Both the position numbers and the translations under genes were made by a program. Under the pieces are notes generated by a model, which saw only the letters and a list, made by a program, of their open reading frames with translations, searched no databases and was not told where the DNA came from. DNA of 64,000 nt from Eledone cirrhosa (lineage: Eukaryota), in contig OZ024740.1 of assembly GCA_964016885.1 (NCBI GenBank), positions 428,482,001-428,546,000 of the forward strand, written 5' to 3'. Position 1 is the stretch's first letter. Each line of letters starts with the position of its first letter. Shown here in pieces: positions 25,582-39,383 of the stretch.

Positions 25582-25657
<76 letters not shown>

Positions 25658-25981
25658 CGGATTGGACACTACCGTAAACTCTTGGTAGATTTATCTACAT
25701 ATATATATATATATATAAACATTGGTATGTTTGACCATAAAACAACAATATAGTCTGTATAAAGCCGACTTCCCCTTCCGTCACCTTCCGTCAACTAACT
25801 TCAGTTTACATTACATTGAGGTCAGTAAGTGCAGGTATATTGTTTTCTAGTGTTACCTCTGCTTATTTCTCTTTATATATAAAGAGCAGCGCTGTAATGT
25901 GGTGGTGGCCAGGAGAAACCAATAGATAATTCGCTTAGCCACTATAGACATAAAACATTCCCGCTCAGTATATACTTATAC

Positions 25982-26035
<54 letters not shown>

Positions 26036-26122
26036 TCTTTTCCTATTAACCACTCTACTACCCAAAGTATCGAGTACTCCGGTGCGTTATGGTCCACCTG
26101 GTTCCTTACCACAGTTCCTTCG

Positions 26123-26184
<62 letters not shown>

Positions 26185-26351
26185 GTAGAACACTGGAAGG
26201 TAATATCCGTAGTAGTAGAGCACTCAGTCCATGGGACGAGTTAGGTAGAAGTGGTTACGCAACAGTTAGTTCACCATACCGAGAACAATTGTTTCACCTT
26301 AGCGGATCCTCGGCTCGTAATATTATGGTGAACTAACTGTTGTTGAACCAC

Positions 26352-26409
<58 letters not shown>

Positions 26410-26749
26410 ACAGGAGACTGGACTGGTGTAAATCCTTGAAAGGTTTATTATACCAAGATTGACCAATTCTATCCAGTGGTGAACCAACAAACCTAAATAA
26501 ATATATATATATATATATATTAGAAAGTCAGGTTTTTTTTTACAAAATGAAAAATAACCGAGGTGTCCTACACGAGTGAATGTATAAAGAAAAAAAGATG
26601 AAATCGAAAATGCAACTGGAGTCTTATTTTTTCCAGCATGGCCTCAGCCGGATGGCTGAAACAGGTAAAAGAGATTTATTTGGTTCCTTTACCGGTTTCG
26701 CAGTTCTTCTGCATGTGAGAAAAACCACAGACCCTCCATCTCAACTCTA

Positions 26750-26785
26750 CTTTTGAAAAGCAGAAGAACTGCGAAACCGGTAAAG
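26750..26785 (+). ncRNA. hammerhead motif with U3-A8 core (family E); inverted partial copy at 26676-26712
   Basis: ctt-TTGAAAA-gcag-aagaa-ctgc-GAAA-CCGG-TA-aag. Confidence 0.7.
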
Positions 26786-26871
26786 GAACCAAATAAATAT
26801 ATATATATTTTAAAAAATAAGACTCCAGTTGCATTTTCGATTTCATCTTTTTTTCTTTATATATATATGTA

Positions 26872-26947
<76 letters not shown>

Positions 26948-26988
26948 CGTGTGTGCGTGTGTGTGCGTGTGTGTGTATGTATGTATGT

Positions 26989-27351
26989 GTGGATGTGCAA
27001 TGTCAATGTGCGTGAACGACCAAGCATAGACGAGTTGAGAAAGAAACTGGGTATAAGAGGGATAAGTTGTGGTGTGCAGGAGAGAAGGCTGAGATGGTAT
27101 GGACATGTGATGCGCATGGAGGATAACCGTTGGGTGAAGAAGTGCCACGAAGTCCCAGTGGAGGGATGACGCAGTAGAGGTAGACCACGAAAAACCGGGG
27201 CGGAGGTGGTGAGAGCAGACTTCAGATCGCTGAAACTCCCAGAGGAGATGACGAAGGACCGTGACAAGCGGAGAGATGCTGTGCTGAATAGGACCCGTCC
27301 AACCCTTGCAAGCAGGGAAAAGCGGACGTAAAATGATGATGATGATGATGA
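26989..27351 (+). mobile_element. RTE-clade LINE 3' fragment with (GAT)n tail
   Basis: WMCNV...ELRKKLGI...RRLRWYGHVMRME...VEG*RSRGRPRKT. Confidence 0.8.
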
Positions 27352-27373
27352 TAAATATATATATATATATATA

Positions 27374-27464
<91 letters not shown>

Positions 27465-27589
27465 TATGTGTGTGTGTATGTGCATGTGTGTATGTGCCTT
27501 TGTCTGTAAATATAAATATCAAAGCAAATGATATTAAAGTACATTAAAGAAATAGATTAGTTTAACGTTTGAAATAGCAGGAAAAGTTT

Positions 27590-27623
27590 CTTAACGATTC
27601 AGACAATAGTCCTTCATCAGAAG
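27590..27623 (-). ncRNA. degenerate minimal hammerhead; related copy at 35099-35128 (+)
   Basis: ctt-CTGATGA-aggac-tatt-gtct-GAAT-CG-TT-aag versus CTGATAA-aggac-tagt-gtcc-GAAA-CG-TT; the consensus of the two is canonical. Confidence 0.55.
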
Positions 27624-28039
27624 CTAGAGTTAGTAAAAGAAAGCAAAATATAAAGATAAAGATTGATTAGAGGAAGGGAAAGAGGATGATTAAAGAAAGA
27701 GATACAAAATGTCCAGTATATCCTTCACATTTTTTATAAAAGGGGTCTTTGTGGGAGATTTGAAACTATTCCTAGCAAGTGGAATCCCTCGCTGAATGAT
27801 GTGTTAATGTAGGTAATAGCTCACTGAACTTTATCCTCATCTATTTCGTCCTAAACGATGATACATATTTCTCTTGGCGTGATTTTAGCTTAGATTTTTG
27901 AAGGACATTAAAGAATAGAGTTCAGTGTTACAACCGTTGATGGTTTTATAAACGTTACTATCAACAACAACAAAAAAGAAAGAAGCAATTGCCATCGACT
28001 GGCAGGCTCTGTACAGTGTTCACGATCACATTTATCTCA

Positions 28040-28330
28040 GTCATGTAGATGTGTGGCTTCAATAGTAGTACCACCAGGCCGGTGCTTATCCCTATTTCGT
28101 CGTGTAAAACGACTGAGAATACAAGACTCCACTCCCTGGACAGGGCACCAGACCATCGCAGGGTTAAGCCCCCAGCTATTGCTGCTGATATTCATTTTCA
28201 GCTGATTATACTGGAGTAACGTGAAATGAAGTATTTTGTTTAAGGAGACAACACACAACCCAATCCTGGAATCGAACCCACGTCATTATGATCGGAAGTC
28301 CAACAGCCTTACCACTGGACCACACGCCTC
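28040..28330 (-). mobile_element. tRNA-derived SINE
   Basis: Minus strand has ggcgtgtggtccagtggtaagg (A box) and gggttcgattcc (B box). Confidence 0.75.
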
Positions 28331-29159
28331 TACTTTGCTAAGTTATATTACACCGCTTAAATTGAGGCCTTAATATCAATGAGGAATTCCTTTCAACGTT
28401 ATCACCCTTAATCCCACGGTGGACAGGAAGCAAAAAAAAAAGACGAAAATGGAAAAAAAAAGTGAATTGAATTTGTTCGGCGTTCTATTGTCTAAGCGAC
28501 ATCAACCAGCTTTTATTTTGAGTAAGGTTATGAGATAGGAGAGACAATTAGGCCGTTAATAGATACATTAGATAATTTCTGGTAATTTTAGAGAATTTTT
28601 GGATTGTTTAATCGTACAGACATCGATATTCGTTTTATACATTTAAAGGTTATTGTATTCCCCGTTGGGGGAGATATATTAGGTAACCGTGTGATTTATA
28701 AAGAGATGCATTCTTTTGATCCATAAAACCACATGCTACAATCAGTCAGTCATTATCCTAATCTTTCATATTTACATCTTATAAATATTTTTTGAAATGA
28801 TAAACAGCTCACAGATCGTTGTTCATCAATAATCTCAAGATTCTCATTATGTTTTTTATTTCTGTTCGTTGTTTTTTTCCCCCTTTTTCACCCTGTTGTA
28901 TCCTTTGCTATCGGAGATAGTTGTGGTAATTCCGAAACTGGCCGAACATTGAATCGTGTTGATGCAGTCAAAACTTCTGGCTTAGCGAAACGATTTTTTT
29001 TTATCAAACTCCTCAGATAATAACAATAATGATAATAACGACAACAGCAGTAACAGCAGCAGCACCAACAACAACAACAACAACAACAATAACAAAAACA
29101 ACATTATTTTATCGACCCCGTAAGGATGAAAGGCAAAGTTAATAAACAATAATTAATAA

Positions 29160-29378
29160 CACCATCACCACTACCGCCATCACTACTACTACAATTGCTG
29201 CTACAACTACTACTACTGCTGCTATCACTACTACTACTACTACTACTGCTACTACTACTACTAATACTACTACTACTACTATTACTATTACTACTACTAC
29301 TACAACACCTATTATTACTGCAACTGCCAACACCAACAACAACACCACTACTACTACTACCAACACCACTACTACTAG

Positions 29379-29447
<69 letters not shown>

Positions 29448-29478
29448 CACTACTACTAGTACTACTACTACTACTACT
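29160..29478. repeat. (ACT)n microsatellite
   Basis: Directly visible. Confidence 0.95.
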
Positions 29479-29825
29479 CTCAGCATTCTTTCACCTGTAT
29501 TGATACATTACTGGAGAGGCGTGTGCCGTGAAAACATCGTCAATGTCAAACAGTATAACAAAGATGGGCAAGCCTGTTCTATTGAATATATGAAATAATT
29601 GTTTCTACTTTTGGCACGAGGCCAGCAATTATTTTATCGACACAGTCAAAACCAACGATTTAAACTGCTAACGCTTCGGTTGGTCAACACTAACAGAGAA
29701 CGAAAGAAAACTAGGGACGTAAATATGAAGTTTCCTCTCTAAATATGAATGAAAAACTGAACATTTTTATTCTCCATTTTATTATTATTCGTTTAAATAT
29801 GCAACTTCACTGCACTATACACTTC

Positions 29826-29864
29826 CGTCGTTGAAAAAGCAAATAAAGCTGAAACCGGTACACG
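29826..29864 (+). ncRNA. hammerhead motif with U3-A8 core
   Basis: cgtcg-TTGAAAA-agc-aaataaa-gct-GAAA-CCGG-TA-cacg, followed by ATTAAA. Confidence 0.6.
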
Positions 29865-29965
29865 ATTAAATGAGGAAATCCCTACTTTGTAAATAAATGT
29901 TTTGATCTTATACTGAAAAAATGCCTCCAGCATTTTCTACTGTATTTTTTCTTTTTTACTATTTG

Positions 29966-29995
<30 letters not shown>

Positions 29996-29998
<3 letters not shown>

Positions 29999-30190
29999 CA
30001 AAGGAATTGTGGTAAGGAACCAGATGGACCATAACGCACCAGAGTACTCAATACTTAGGGTAGTAGAGTGGGAAATAGGAAAAAGTATGAACCTGACGGC
30101 AGAGCTCAAGCCGTTTCGACGGCTATTTCAGTCCAGAAATAGCCGTCGAAACGGCTTGAGCTCTGCCGTCGGGGTCATACTTTTCCCTAT
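29996..30190. mobile_element. family B Penelope terminal-repeat module as a head-to-head palindrome; other copies at about 1840, 10250, 26040, 45514, 50687 and 52417
   Basis: Shared sequence cccactctactaccctaagtattgagtactctggtgcgttatggtcca and agccgtcgaaacggcttgagctc; (TA)n flanks. Confidence 0.8.
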
Positions 30191-30209
30191 ATATATATAT
30201 ATATATATA

Positions 30210-31944
30210 TACTCCTCCCTCTCCACACCGCCCTCACTCGCGCCCGTGCTCTCCAGCGCTCCACCACCCTCACCCCACGCTACCGCACACCCACCCACCG
30301 TCTCCCCTTCCCCATCACCTACCACCCCTCCAACCTACCCCTCCACCGCACCATCCTCCGCATCTTCCGACGCCTCCAGTCCGACCCCTCCACCTCCCAC
30401 ATCTTCCCAGCCCCACCACTCCCCTCCTTCAATCTCCGCACCATCCTCGCCCCCACCTCCCTACCCCCTACCAACGCCTTCCCCGGTTCCCTTCCCTGTT
30501 CCAGGCCTCGTTGCAACACCTGTCCCCACATCACCAACACAACCACCTTCCAGGGTCCCAATGGCCACTTTCTCTCTGTCCGGCACGCCTTCCGCTGCAC
30601 CTCCTCCAACCTAGTCTATGGACTACGCTGCACGGATTGTAGAGCAAACTACGTCGGACAGACTGGACGTCACCTGGCGGACCGTTTCACCGAACACCTC
30701 CGGGATATTCGTCTCGGCGAGAGTTACCCCGTCGCCCGCCACTTTGGCTCCCCTGGACATTCCGCGCACCACCTCACAGTCTGTGGCCTACTCCAATGCC
30801 ATGGAACACCCGCCACCCTCCTCAGGGTCGAACAACGCACCATCTTCACCCTACAGACCCACACACCCCCCGGCCTGAACTCCCCACCCCTATACCTTTA
30901 GCCTTCGACCCCCCCCACGCATAGCCCCCACTAACACCACTAATACACTCCTCCTTATCACCGCCCACCCCACAACTAGCAATACTAACACCCCCAACCC
31001 ACCACCGACCACAACTAACAATACTAACACCCCCCTTCCCCCTATCACACACACACCCACCGGTACATATATACACGCACTCACACTAACCACACACCCT
31101 ACTACCACCACTAACCCTCACCCACACATCCACTCCCACCACCCCACAACTAATACCACTAACATCCCCCCGACCCCACGCACACGAACACACACACCCA
31201 CCCACACCCACTTACACCACCCACTCTACACACCCTACCACCATTGACCCCCACTAACACACCCGCATTCAACCTTTTCCCCACCACCAGTATACTAACA
31301 CCCACTAACACCCCCTTCACCACACACACACTCATCCAAACAAGCACACACACACCAGTACACCACACTCCCTCCACTGTCCCGCACACATTTTCTCCCT
31401 CTCCCCGCTCCACCCACACCCCTTCACACACACACACACATCCCACTAACACCTCTACTAATACACACCCTCTCCCCCCTAACGACCCCCTCATCACTCC
31501 ACCTTTCACACCTACCCATCCTCTCCCCTGCCCACCGCACCTCCGCACACACTGACACACCGACTTTCTCCACCTGCCATTCTCCCCTACTGCTGCTATG
31601 CCCTGACCCTCTGACCACCTCTCCGCACACACAGACACACAACCCTCCTCCTTGACCCTCTGACCACTTCCTGTTGCGCGCGCACCCCACATCTCCCCTC
31701 TTCCGACCAACCCAACCACGGATTATACACATTGGACCTCGCTCCCACGAATCAACTCCATCACAAAAAAAATATCCGGTACCCCACCACACCCTCTACG
31801 GAACTACCTTAGGAACTTACCGACGGACATACACTCACAAACATTTTTTTCCCACACGCCACCTACATCCACAATACGTATAAACACCACACACACGTAT
31901 TTACACACTCACCAATGACACACGGAATACTGACATTGTTGAAA

Positions 31945-31982
<38 letters not shown>

Positions 31983-32058
31983 CCTCCCCACTCTCAAGAG
32001 CGTGAAACTAATAAACCTTTGTTCGTACTGCCTCTCTGTTTTGTTCCCGTTCCATTTT

Positions 32059-32062
<4 letters not shown>
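30210..32062 (+). mobile_element. Penelope-like element 3' part (Cys-linker GIY-YIG, Neptune-like) with long C/A-rich 3'UTR
   Basis: Frame not in the track reads PCSRPRCNTC...FRCTSSNLVYGLRCTDC.ANYVGQTGR.LADRFTEHLRDI...VARHF...EQ..IFTLQT..PPGLN. Confidence 0.85.
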
Positions 32063-32110
<48 letters not shown>

Positions 32111-32112
<2 letters not shown>

Positions 32113-32903
32113 TGCCTTTTAATCTTATAGCCTGGTCTAATTGATTTTTTGTGTGGTTAATTATGCTAATTGGGAGAGGAAATGGTGTATATATATATTA
32201 TCAAATGATTCTATGGACATACTTTATAGTATATTGCTCTGATTATTTAATTTATTAATTCTTCATTGAGCCACATCGTGAATGGTTGCCAAAACACATA
32301 TATATCTGTGACTTTGTTTAGTTTGTATATATAAATCTTTATATTTAATAATCTCCCATAAGGTTGAGATGCAATTTGGGCAATATTGGCCAGCGCTTTC
32401 TAGCAACCAACCCACTCGCCGTAAGCAACCAATCACATTCTTTCTGCCTTGACCACTGCCAAGTCACGATTCTTAACCATTTTGAATTCGTGTTTGGCGG
32501 GGACCACTTTAGAAAATAATCTGTCCTAACGAGTTTGTCTCCTGACGAGTTAGAAGCTCGAGATTTTATCCTTAATAGGATATATCAAAATGCGAACGAA
32601 ACCCAAGGGTAGGGATATCATCCTGGTATGTATATAAGTATTTCTAACTTTAATTTTATACCTAATTGTGTATGGTTGACCGTATATTTAATCGATTTCC
32701 ACGTGCTGTTGAAATGTTGGGTAAATATTCTATAGCGGTCGGCCGCGAAGAGATTGCTATCGTTTATTTATTTACTATTTCTTCATAGGTGCCTTTTAAT
32801 CTTATAGCCTTGTCTAATTGATTTTTTGTGTGGTTAATTATGCTAATTGGGAGAGGAAATGGTGTATATATATTATCAAATGATTCTATAGACATACTTT
32901 ATA

Positions 32904-32909
<6 letters not shown>
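32111..32909. mobile_element. non-coding 677-bp unit with about 120-bp terminal direct repeat, between (TA)n tracts
   Basis: ggtgccttttaatcttatagcc...catactttatagtatat at 32111 and 32788. Confidence 0.65.
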
Positions 32910-32994
<85 letters not shown>

Positions 32995-33420
32995 AAAATA
33001 AGATGCTGAGGTTACATATATCGTTTAATTATTATAATTATTTCCACGGTTCTCCATGCAATCGAGATTTCCTTTATGCATTTGCTGTTTTTATGAGAAC
33101 GGTACCCTCAGATGAAACCCGATAGGTTTGATATGTCGCTGGCAGGAAAAAACACACGTCCTATTGCTTGTGTACCCAGCAGACATATGAGTTCCAGAAG
33201 ACACTGCACTTGGCAGAAATACCTGCTACCATAGTAGCTGAAAACTGAAGGGCTTATAAAAACCTGGTCAACAATTCGCATGCTTGAAGCCGACAGCGGA
33301 ACGTAATTTGTCAGATATTGTAAATGTTTAAATGGAATATTACAAGGAGATTATCTGTCTGTTCATCTTCTTGTTAGTGCTAAATGCAAAGTATATGTGT
33401 ATTGCTTTGATTTAGAGGTT

Positions 33421-33469
33421 CCTTCTACAGGACTAGAACTGTTTCATTCGTAAGAAATCATCAGGAAAG
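33421..33469 (-). ncRNA. type I hammerhead; inverted, decayed twin at 33469-33514 (+)
   Basis: ctttc-CTGATGA-tttc-ttac-gaat-GAAA-CAG-ttctagtc-CTG-TA-gaagg. Confidence 0.75.
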
Positions 33470-33524
33470 TCCTGGTGATTTCTTGCGAATGAAACAGCTC
33501 TAATCCTGCAAAGGTCATTTCACA

Positions 33525-33597
<73 letters not shown>

Positions 33598-33599
33598 TT

Positions 33600-33780
33600 T
33601 ACATATATATTTTTTATCTTTATTATTTCCACTTTTATCCTCCTTTATATTTTACCTTATTCTTACTTTTATACCTTATTATAGTGTAATCTTCCCCATG
33701 CCTTATTATACATTATTAATTATAGATTATTATTATTATTCTTTTTCCATTTCTAATTACCTCATGTACTTTCTCCTCCG

Positions 33781-33815
<35 letters not shown>

Positions 33816-34160
33816 ATGCCCTTTGTGTTTGTGTAGCCTCTGCACACCCTCTGCACCATACTATCGACGCCACCCCATCTATGGTTCAGCTAACCACTCG
33901 ACTCCCGGGAATGAATATGACCGCAGCTAGTAAACAAGGACCCACACCCCACCCTCCCGTACCAAAATTAGACTTATCGTCCCCTACTTTTGCTCTTTAC
34001 TCTCTTTACTCTTTGTTCTTGAATGTTTGGTTGGTAGAGTCCATAACACCAATCAAACCCCTTTTATAGCTCTGACGAATCCTACGGTTACGTAAGGAAG
34101 AAACATTGTTAGCCAATAAAAATCTTTTGATGTTGTAGACGCTCTTGTGTTCTTTATCAT
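33600..34160 (+). mobile_element. non-coding family F module ending in a hammerhead and AATAAA; near-identical inverted copy at 39552-40110
   Basis: Reverse-complement match; both give the same spurious ORF in the track. Confidence 0.8.
34069..34113 (+). ncRNA. type I hammerhead (family F)
   Basis: gct-CTGACGA-atcctacg-gtta-cgtaaggaa-GAAA-CATTG-TT-agc-c-AATAAA. Confidence 0.75.
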
Positions 34161-34225
34161 ATATATATATATATATATATAAAATCTATTATTTTAATAA
34201 ATATTTGCTCTACGGTTTTTATACA

Positions 34226-34268
<43 letters not shown>

Positions 34269-34654
34269 CACCCTCGCCTTTCTAGAAATTTGGAAATTAG
34301 ACCATAAAAGAGCTTTAGATTCCGATCATGCCACCGATATTTTTAATATTACAATTAGATGTTTTTAATCAATAAGAATCGCCAAAGAAATCAAACAAAG
34401 ACTAAAGTAAGAAAATATCATGTACACAAGACGGACAGGTTATAGTATACATTTATTATATGCTTTTATTATGCCAACTATATTTTACAAACATAACTTA
34501 CACAATGATGGAAATATTGAAGATAAAAACAAAATTAAGTAATGAAAAAAAAACAGCGGAAGAGCTTAAAATAAGTCGATAAATCAACAAAATATAAAAG
34601 ATAGTTACTTTGAAAGTACATATTACGTCAACAACTCGAATAATAATAATAATA

Positions 34655-34832
34655 ATTGTTTCTACTTTTGACACAAGGCCAGTAATTACCCCAGTGCATT
34701 ACTGGTACTTTATTTTATCGACCCCGTAAGGATGAAAGGCAAAGTTAACCTCGGCTGGATTTGAACTCAGAATGGCAAGGGCCGTAACTCTATGCGTCAG
34801 ACCCTTTACCGATACTGCCAATCCACCGCCCT
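34655..34832 (-). mobile_element. tRNA-derived SINE of a second family; copies or fragments near 580-750, 36420-36930, 37345-37430 and 47730-47890
   Basis: Minus strand gggcggtggattggcag...gagttcaaatcc...ctttcatccttacggggtcgataaaataaagtaccag...aaagtagaaacaa(tta)n. Confidence 0.75.
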
Positions 34833-34834
34833 TA

Positions 34835-34867
<33 letters not shown>

Positions 34868-37123
34868 GGCACGGTGGAGTAAAGAATTAAACCAACTAAG
34901 AAACTACAATACCAACCAATATGTTACAATTATGAAACGGATGAAAATAATTAAAGGCCAATAAATCAAGCTAAAAGTAAGTTCTGCTCTTTGATGGCTA
35001 CCCTCGAGTTCATCGTCAATATATGGAACTAACTATTCTATTTTTATCATCTATTCTATTCAATATTCTATTTTACCTTGTAGATTTAACTATATTTTCT
35101 GATAAAGGACTAGTGTCCGAAACGTTAGCATTTTTTCCCTGCTATTTTAAGCGCTAAATTAATATATTTCTTCAATGATCTGTGTGGTTTGTCTTGTTGG
35201 TGTTTCCAATTGCTAATACTAGCTATCGTCGCAACTCCAGGTAGAAGGAGCAACGTGAAATAAAGTGTCTTGCTCAAGGACATAATACATCGCGCGGTCC
35301 AGGAATCGAACTGACAACCTCATGATTGGGAATCCAGTTCTCTAACCACTCAGCCACACGCCTTCACTCAGAACTATATCATCGTGAAATTACCAACTAT
35401 CTTTGCAAATCGGTTGAAAGCTTTCTCACCAACCGTTGTATAATGCAGATTATTGGTACACACGCTAAGTTATGTAGAAGACGATGAGAAGTCCGAGGCG
35501 AATAAATCGATTTCAAGGTAACTTCATCTCTGGTTTTCATTCAATTTTACATTTCTTTTTCCTATTTCCTCTCTTCCTACTGCCGCCTAAATTATATAAT
35601 TTCTTCAAGGTCTCCCTCTGGGATCCCCAGTCTCGTTCATTCTCATTCTATTCTACACAACAGGTTTGTTTATATTTCTAAATGAAAGTTTGGGAGTATC
35701 AAGTTTTGCAGATCAACTTCCTCTGGCATAATCAATAACAATAAAACTAAATTATGTTCAGTTCTATCAACAACAATTGAATGGACAAACAAAAATGTTC
35801 AACAATTTGATCACTCAAAAATTCATTTCCACAAACCAGATATTTTCAATTATTAATCTGATGAAATATATTTAATGAAGCAACTATTAACGCGGCAGAG
35901 GTCTATAAATATCGTCGATACTTTGTTATAATCTGATCTGAAATGGGAAACTCATCTCAAGTATTCATTGAAAGAAATAATCTGAACATGACATGCTCAT
36001 TAAAGTTATCTCAACGAAATGCCATAGCCTCACATAGAAACACTTGCGATTATATAATAAGGAAGCTATTAACACTGATTTTTTGTATGGCAGCTGGTTA
36101 TGTGGAGATAAAAACCTTAACTATCTTTAAGCTATCGAAACCATACTTTAATATGAAAAACTATTTTAGCTTGTCTAATATCTTCTGCCAAAGTAACCAT
36201 TTTTATGAAGCAGGTTTAGATGTAATTCACTGGTTGATAGTGGATACCAAGAAACCTAGATTATTAACTCATCATTTAAATAGAAAAGAAATCATTATAA
36301 TATTTGACTACCTCCAGGTAGAGGACTATTAGAACTCTTCAACATACTAATAAATAACCAAACGAGGAAGGAAATGAGAACCTCAGTCATTTAAACAGTT
36401 TCATTGCGTGATAATATAATTGTTTCTACTTTGGGCACAGTGCATTACTGGTATTTTCAGCAGTAATACGGCAAGAAATGGGAACAACAGAAAGAAGAGG
36501 AAAATCACAATGATAATTGTTTCTATTAAAGGCTCAAGGCCAACAATTTTGGGGAAGGGGAAAGTCAATTAAATAGACCTCAGTGCATTACTGGTACTTT
36601 ATTTTATCGACCCCTTAAGGTTAAAAGGCAAAGTTAACCTCGGCGCGAGTTCAATTCCTGCCGAAGTTAACTTTGCCTTTCATCCTTATTGGTAATATAA
36701 TTGTTTCTACTTTTGGCACAAAGACAGTAAACACCCCAGTACATTGCTGGTACTTTATTTTATCGACCCCGTAAGGATGAAAAGCAAAGTTAACCTCGGG
36801 AGGTTAACTTTAACAAATCATGCTAAGGTTAACTTTGTCTTTCATCCTTATGGGGCCGATAAAATAACATACCAGTAATACACTGGAGTAATTGCTGGCC
36901 TTGTACCAAAAGTAGAAACAATTATATTATCACGTAATGAAACTGTTTCAATAGCTGAGACAGTTATACAGCAGCATCACAACCGGGCAAAAAAATAGAG
37001 GTGCAGTGGTTTTGTGTTCAAAAGGATTTTACAATATTTACTGGTGTGTGGTGGAGAATATCCTACATAGACTCGCCGACGAAGTGCCATGGGCGAAAGT
37101 CTTTCTATTTACTTATTCTATAT

Positions 37124-37216
<93 letters not shown>

Positions 37217-37488
37217 ATATATATATATATATATATATCATTCAGAGCATCAGTCCTAATACTTAATTTTTGCTGGACCGGCAATCGCTCTGTATAATCA
37301 GCTCCTGATTATTGCTGGAATTCTATAAGAATCCAGCTTCTAAAAGTACCAGTAATACACTAGGGTCGATTTAATCGATTCACCGCTACCCCCCAAAAAA
37401 GATTGTTGGCCTTGTGCCCAAGTCTGAAACTATTATTATTATCATTATTGAAATAAAACAAAATTTATGAAAATATGCATTCTTCTGG

Positions 37489-37533
<45 letters not shown>

Positions 37534-37537
<4 letters not shown>

Positions 37538-39383
37538 AAAAATGGAACGGGAACAAAACAGAGAGGCAGTACGAACAAAGGTTTATTAGTTTCAAGCGAA
37601 AAGTGTGTGGGGAGAGAGTTCCGAGGGTGTGTAGGGTGGGTGGGGGAGAGACATTTAGAAAAGGGGGGGGTGGAAGGGGTACAAATAAAAATAAATATTA
37701 AAAAAAATAAAAATAAAAATAAACATGAAGATATCAAGTGGTGGAAGGGTGTGGGGCGTGTAGGGGTTGTGGCGGGTGGAGTGAGGATAGGGAGGCGGGG
37801 TGTCCGAGCGGGGAGGGCTGAAGGTGGTGTATGTGTGTAGATGCACGCGTGTGTGTATGTGAATGTGAGAGTTGGGGGAAGAACGAGGTTCCATGTTCAG
37901 GAAAAGGTGTGTGTGTAGGGTGGGGTGTAGGTCGGTGTGTGTGTGCGCGTGTGGATGGGGAGGGGTCAGGTGGATGGGCTGTGTATTAGTAGAGGTGTTA
38001 GTGGGATGTGTGTGTGTGTGTGAAGGAGTGTGGGTGGAGCGGGGAGAGGGAGAGAAAGTTGTGGGGGACGATGGAGGGAGTGTGGTGTACTGGTGTGTGT
38101 GCGTGTTTGGATGAGTGTGTGTGTGGTGAAGGGGGTGTTAGTGGGTGTTAGTATACTGGTGGTGGGGAAAGGGTTGAATGCGGGTGTGTTAGTGGGGGTC
38201 AGTGGTGTTAGGGTGTGTAGAACGGGTGGTGTAAGTGGGTGTGGGTGGGTGTGTGTGTTCGTGTGCGTGGGGTCGGGGGGATGTTAGTGGTATTAGTTGT
38301 GGGGTGGTGGGAGTGGATGTGTGGGTGAGGGTTAGTGGTGGTAGTAGGGTGTGTGGATAGTGTGAGTGCGTGTATATATGTACCGTATATATGTACCGGT
38401 GTGCGTGATAGGGGGTAGGGGGAAAGGGGGGAGATGTTAGTATTGTTAGTTGGGGAGGGTGATCGGGGGTGGGGTAGAGGTGTTAGTATTGTTAGTTGTG
38501 GGGTGGGCGGTGAAAAGGAGGAGAGTGTTAGTGGTCTTAGTGGGGGATATGTGTGTAGGGGTGGGGGGACAGGGCGGTCGAAGGCTAAAGGAATAGGGGT
38601 GGGGATTTCAGGCCGGGAGGAGTGTGGGTCTGTAGGGTGAAGATGGTGTGTTGTTCGACCCTGAAGAGGGTGGCGGATGTACCGTGGCATTGGAGTAGGC
38701 CACATACTTTGAGGTGGTGCGCTGAATGTCCAGGAGAGTCAAAGTGGCGGGCGATGGGGTAACTCTCGCCGAGACGAATATCCCGGAGGTGTTCGGTGAA
38801 ACGGTCCGCCAGGCGACGTCCAGTCTGTCTGACGTAGGTTGCGCTACAATCCGTGCAGCGTAGTCCATAGACTAGGTTGGAGGAGGTGCAGCGGAAGGCG
38901 TGCCGGACAGAGAGAATGTGGCCGTTGGGACCCTGGAAGGTTGTGGTGTTGGTGATGTGGGGACAGGTGTTGCAAAGAGGCCTGGAACAGAGAAGGGAAC
39001 CGGGGGGTAGAGGGCGTGGGTTGGGGGGTAGGGAGCTGCGTTTGAAGGAGGGAAGTGGTGGGGCTGGGAAGATGTGGGAGGTGGAGGCGTTGGACTGGAG
39101 GCGTCGGAAGCAGAGGAGGATGGTGCGGTGGAGGGGTAGGGTGGATGAGTGGTAGGTGAAGGGGAAGGGGAGGGGGAGACGGTGGGTGGGGGTGGTGGCG
39201 TTGGGTGAGGGTGGTGGAGCGGTGGACAGTGAGGGCGGTGTGGACGAGGGAGGGTGGTAATCTCTGCAGATGAAATGGCTGACTAGGCAAAAGGCCTGGG
39301 ACTCAAAGTCAGCATCTTGGCTGCAGAGGCGGCGGATCCTGAGGAGTTGGGAGTAGGGAAAAGAGTGTTTAGAGTGTGTAGGG

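Noticed and set aside
33105-33150. CAGATGA-aacc-cgata-ggttt-GATA hammerhead-like string (similar weak case at about 42430-42462)
   Set aside because: Multiple core deviations and no good stem I; not distinguishable from chance.
35943-36332. 129-aa ORF in unique sequence (also 40305-40715 and 50910-51107)
   Set aside because: No recognisable motif or exon structure; cannot be supported without a homology search.
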